Assembly: GCF_018350175.1 (NCBI RefSeq)
Contig: NC_058372.1
Location: 140,244,001 to 140,308,000 of the forward strand
DNA: 64,000 bases
Direction of reading: 5' to 3'
Origin: Felis catus
Lineage: Eukaryota
Every line of letters starts with the position of its first letter. The stretch's first letter is position 1. Made by a program: the position numbers and the translations under genes. Of the stretch, positions 59,669 through 64,000 are shown in pieces. The notes under the pieces are model-generated. The model was not told where the DNA came from and searched no databases. It saw nothing but the letters and a program-made list of their open reading frames with translations.

Positions 59669-59924
59669 AAGAATCTATATCTTAATTTATTTTAATTCTT
59701 CGTCTGAAACAAAGTTCCTAATTCTTCAAAATGTTTGAACCCATTACCACTCATTAGTATAGTTAATAAAGAATAGACATTTTTAGTAAGGGTTGAGGTA
59801 GAGGTTGGTGCCCCACAATCTGGGGGATGCTCAATACGCTCCATGCAGACAGGGAATTAATCATTGATAGCCCCCCTGCTCCCTAAGAAGCAGTTGAATG
59901 AGAGTTCAGAGTGGTCCAGAAGAG

Positions 59925-60155
59925 TGACTAGCCAGATTCCAGCACTGGACTGCCTGGGTTGAAATCCCAGCCCTGTCTCTTACAAACTGTTAGACCTTCT
60001 ATAAGTTCCCATGCCTCTCCTGGCCCCATATGTGAAATGGGGATAAAAATGCTGCCTACCCCATAGCATTGGTGTGAGTGGTAAATAAGATAATACATGT
60101 CACATACTCCCAAAGAATGGTTGGCATGTAGTGAGCATTCAACAGTTGTTAGATG
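59925..60155 (+). mobile_element. MIR, near full length
   Basis: GACTGCCTGGGTTGAAATCCCAGC...GAAATGGGGATAAAAATG..CCTACC...GTAGTGAGCATTCAA. Confidence 0.85.
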
Positions 60156-60224
60156 TTTTAATTCTATCCATGTGCTAAACGGAGCTCTTGGTTGATCATC
60201 CCCCTGACTATTTTTATATCATCA

Positions 60225-60480
60225 TCATGATAATAATAATAGAAGCTAAATGATATTGAATGTTTACCACATGCTAGATGCATTCTTAGTGCTTTCTAGA
60301 TATTATCTCACTCAGTCCTCCTCACAACCTTTAGATAATTACTGTCTTTATTCTCATTTTACAGATAGGGAAACTGAAATCCAAGGCAGTTAAGTAATGT
60401 GCCCAAGTTGCGTTTCATAAAATGGTGTGGATTTAAACCAAGCTCTTCCTGTGTGCTAAGCCCATGTTGCGCCTCACTAT
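60225..60480 (-). mobile_element. MIR, near full length
   Basis: TCCTCCTCACAACC...ATTTTACAGATAGGGAAACTGA. Confidence 0.85.
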
Positions 60481-62317
60481 TTTGTACGCCACCTATACAT
60501 ACATATCGTTCTCAATTATAACAATGCTATTGTGATCCTGCCTTCACTCTTGCCATTCCCGGCCTGCTAAGCCCACCCTACAGAGCCCCCACCCATCCAG
60601 ATCGTACTCCCCAGTGGGCTTCCTTCATGTCCACTCCCCCTTGGGCACCTTCCCAGACACCTGTCCCTCGTCTCTGAGCCACACTCAGCACTCATGAACT
60701 GAAACACACCATCAGGCTCTTCACTGGTTTTGCATCGCCCCAGTTGTACATTACAACCAAGACAGAAAAATATATGTCACGCAATCCTTAAAGGAACAAA
60801 TATTCATGAATTGATGAGCTCATTAGTTAATATAATACGTTGGGCTTCAGCTTCCATTTGGATTTAAGAGAATGTTGTCAGTGATAGAATTTAGAAGAAA
60901 CATTCTTTCTGATCACTCTTGGGGAGACCGATATAATAAACCACAAATCATCATGCCGGTGGTTAATCTTTACCACATGAGCACAGTAATTCCTCTGTGT
61001 TGGATTTATCTACGTGATTTGTTAGCAAGTATTCTAGAAAAAGACATGTGTCCTTCATATTTGCCTTTTGTCCAGTTTAGTTTCATTTCAATATATATAC
61101 TAGGTCTTATATCATTGGTAAAGGAAAAAGGACAAAGTTATATGCAATCGTTATTTTTAAAAAAGAAATAAAGAAAAGAAAAAATGGGAGTATGGGAGTT
61201 AAGGAAACGACTTCAAAGTTAATTTACCAAAATCCAACCACATCCTTGACCTACGCAGACCCCAATAAGGTATTAATTACAAAAGGATTAACACTTCTGT
61301 CCATTGTAACAATGGAGTCCTCTGTCAATGGGAGATGATAACAATATTTGCATTCATCCATTAGCTGGGATTCACAGATTATGAGAAAGGTCCTAACACT
61401 CTTCCTAAATGAAGTTAAGCAACCCCAATGAAAGGAAAGAGCTCCTTTCATAGTCAAAAAGGACTTGGACAATTTTGAAAAATCCCAGCAACACCTTATG
61501 CAGTGCTCTGCCCAAGGCTCTGCCCAAAGCATTATGAATGTGTCAACTGGCAGTATTTATCCTACTTGCATCCAACTGGCTACACTGTCAGCAACTGATT
61601 CCAAGGATATTGGACAAGAGACTATTTCCTTGTTCTGCCGCACTAGGTACTCAGCCTTCCCCTTTTCTTCTGCCCACTCGCATGACTGTCAAATTTCAGA
61701 GCGGATGCCATGACTCAGTGAGAGAATATAAATACCATTTCTTCCCTCAATGAATCAACATGGTACAGCCATGCTGGAAAAGCGAACACCATTACTACAG
61801 TACATTTTACTTATAAACGTCTGAGTTATTGTTTCTTAACTGAATTCTGACACCAACTCTACCGCCTACCCCTTGCGATAAGATTTTGTACTTTTTGTTG
61901 GAATGACGTGACTCTTTTAAAATGTAGCAAAGGCAAGGATACTTGGTCCGGGGAAAGACAAAAGGGATTTGTGAATAGTATACACACCCTCAGAGGAATT
62001 TTTCTTGCTCTTTCAAGTTTGTCTTCCCCTCTAGGTCAAGTCAGTAACGCTGCCAAAGTCTTTATGGGCATAAGGAAGCCTTTCACATGCTTATAACCTT
62101 GAAAGATGAATGGAAAACCATCTAAGACCTTTCCTTACATGTTCGTTTTTCCTCCATGCAAAGGACGTCTGGTTGGAAATAAAGCAGAGCTGACAAAAGT
62201 GCGAAATTCCGCCACACGTCCGCCACGATTTCAACCAGGCATGTCTTCTTCACACACCCTGAGGTCGACGCTCTCTGGCAACAGAAAGGGACGTGGCAGC
62301 ATCGTCTCACAACTTGG

Positions 62318-62916
62318 TGTGGTAGGCAGAGTTCTAAGCCGGCCCCCTTGGTCTTCATCCCCTTGCGCGACACCCATGGTTATGTTGTGTTACATGGAGA
62401 AAGAGACTGTGCAGATGTAATTAAGGTTACTAATCAGCTGACCTTGAATTCCTCAAAAGGGAGATTGTGTGGGAAAGCCTCAGCTAATCAAATGAGACCT
62501 TTAAACACTGTGTTTCTCCAGCTGGCGGCGGTAGAAGAAGACAGATCAGGAGAAGGGGAGGCATTCAACAGGAGGGTATCTCTTTGTTGCTGACATGGCA
62601 GGAACCGTGGAGCAAAGACCTGAGGGTGTCCTGTAGGGGTGGGGAGTGGGCCCCGCCAGCAGCCGGCAAGAAACAAGGACTTCACTCCTGCAGCCGCAGG
62701 AGCCTGGATTCCGCCAATAATCTGAATGAGCTTGGAAGCACTCTTTCCAGAACCTCTAGCTTAAGCCCACTGACCCTCTGATTTTCGTGTTATGAGAACC
62801 TAAACAGAGAACCCAGTTGTACCTGACCCACAGAACTATGAGATGCTAAATGGGTGGTGTTCAACATTCTTTAATCTATGGTGATTTATAACAAAGCAAT
62901 AGAAAATGAACACACG
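62318..62916 (+). mobile_element. MLT1D/E-type solo LTR (MaLR)
   Basis: TGTGGTAGGCAGAGTTCTAAG start; GCAGATGTAATTAAGGTTACTAATCAGCTGACC; GACCCACAGAACTATGAGAT; end GCAATAGAAAATGAACAC. Confidence 0.9.
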
Positions 62917-62917
62917 T

Positions 62918-63150
62918 GGGGCACCTGGGTGGCTCAGTCGGTTAAGCATCCGACTTCGGCTCAGACCAGGATCTCATGCTCTGTGGGTTCGAGCCCCGCA
63001 TCAGTCTCTGTGCTGACAGCTCAGAGTCTGGAGCCTGCTTTGGAATCTGTGTCTCCCTCTTTGCCCCTCCTCTGCTCACGCACACACACTCTCTCTCTCT
63101 CTCTCAAAAATAAATAAATATTAAAGGAAAAAAGAAGAAGAAAAAGAAAA
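62918..63150 (+). mobile_element. Can-SINE inserted at the MLT1 right end
   Basis: Full element; GAACACAC repeated on both sides. Confidence 0.95.
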
Positions 63151-63499
63151 AGAACACACTTGGTATTCACTGAGAATGGGTCCCCAAGCTTTCTCCGTTG
63201 TTCTTCAGCTCCAAGTCTCCTTTCCAAACAAAATGTATTTATTGGTTCCTAAACATACCTTTTGCTTTCTCCCACTCAGCCTTTACACACGTTAATTTGC
63301 CATGCTGGAAGGCCCCTTTTCTGTTTAGCCAAGGCCTTTGAGACCAACTCATAGCTTATCACCTGCGGGAAAGGAGTCTGACACAATTTTCTCTCCAAAA
63401 TCAAATAATCTTCACCTGTATAATTCAATTGACATTCAATCGTGCCCTGCTTTGTGGCACCTTTTCTTACGTGCTCCATATTTTTATTTTATTACTACT

Positions 63500-63625
63500 T
63501 ATTTTCTTGTTAATTAGATAGTAAGGCTCTTGAAAGCAAGCGCTCCTAATTTTCATGCCCCACTCTACTAATGCAACCCTCGCACATCATAGGCACCCAA
63601 TAAATACTTGTTCGTTTGTTTTGTT
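63500..63625 (+). mobile_element. L2 3' terminus
   Basis: TAAGGCTCTTGAAAGCAAG...GGCACCCAATAAATACTTG. Confidence 0.6.
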
Positions 63626-64000
63626 CTAAAGTATCTCTCTTCAATCTTAATGAGATTAAATGACACCAGAAGTCCAAAGAAAACCTCATTAGCCAAGCAA
63701 TGGGGATCTCAGCAGTGACCTGCCCCACATTCTGGTTGGCCTTTCACTACCGTGAACCCTAAACACACTTAAGCTGTCAAAATTAAAAACGTAACTGCAA
63801 AAACAAGATAATCGCAGAAAGTAATTTTTGCCAATTGATTTGTGTGACTTTCAATGACATTGTAAGCTTCCAACTATTCCCTGAGCTGCCAATTTGCATA
63901 GAAAGGGATGCTTTCTCTACGGACCATATTTACAACGAATACACTATCCGCATGAATGTGCAAGGGGGAGAAAGGCCGGCAGAAAATATAAAGAGTGTTG

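Noticed and set aside
62000-62120. Strong plus-strand acceptor ...GTCTTCCCCTCTAG|G at 62034
   Set aside because: All three frames close within ~65 nt and no good donor follows; at most a non-coding exon, with no further support.
994-63150. tRNA genes
   Set aside because: The tRNA-like A/B-box heads are all 5' ends of Can-SINEs or MIRs; none forms a complete cloverleaf.
1-64000. CRISPR array or other prokaryotic system
   Set aside because: The sequence is mammalian; the repeated ~200-bp units are dispersed SINEs, not regularly spaced direct repeats.

Overview
This is mammalian nuclear DNA, almost certainly from a felid, judged from the SINEC_Fc-type Can-SINEs. It carries nine N gaps of about 130-240 nt. 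I found no convincing protein-coding gene, rRNA, tRNA or CRISPR array, and the ORF track is explained by N runs, SINEs and chance frames. The window reads as intergenic or deep-intronic sequence. It contains about 25 carnivore tRNA-derived Can-SINEs (several young, with perfect TSDs), old L1M, L2, MIR and CR1 fragments, MaLR (MLT1) and ERVL-type LTRs, and Tigger/Charlie DNA-transposon relics. The most structured object is a ~7.65-kb fossil ERV1 (MER4-group-like) provirus on the minus strand at 46985-54642. It has two highly diverged LTRs, a tRNA-Leu-like PBS, a polypurine tract, a gag zinc-knuckle relic and a recognisable but broken env TM segment, and I could detect no pol. It splits an older L1 and hosts a second LTR element plus two SINEs. 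Repeat-poor blocks near 26.2-28.7 kb, 43.2-44.7 kb and 55.8-57.2 kb look regulatory. A possible spliced unit at 16.07-16.53 kb is unconfirmed. Repeat family names come from recalled consensus sequences, not from a database search, and coordinates of old repeats are approximate. I did not find evidence that establishes a new biological system.
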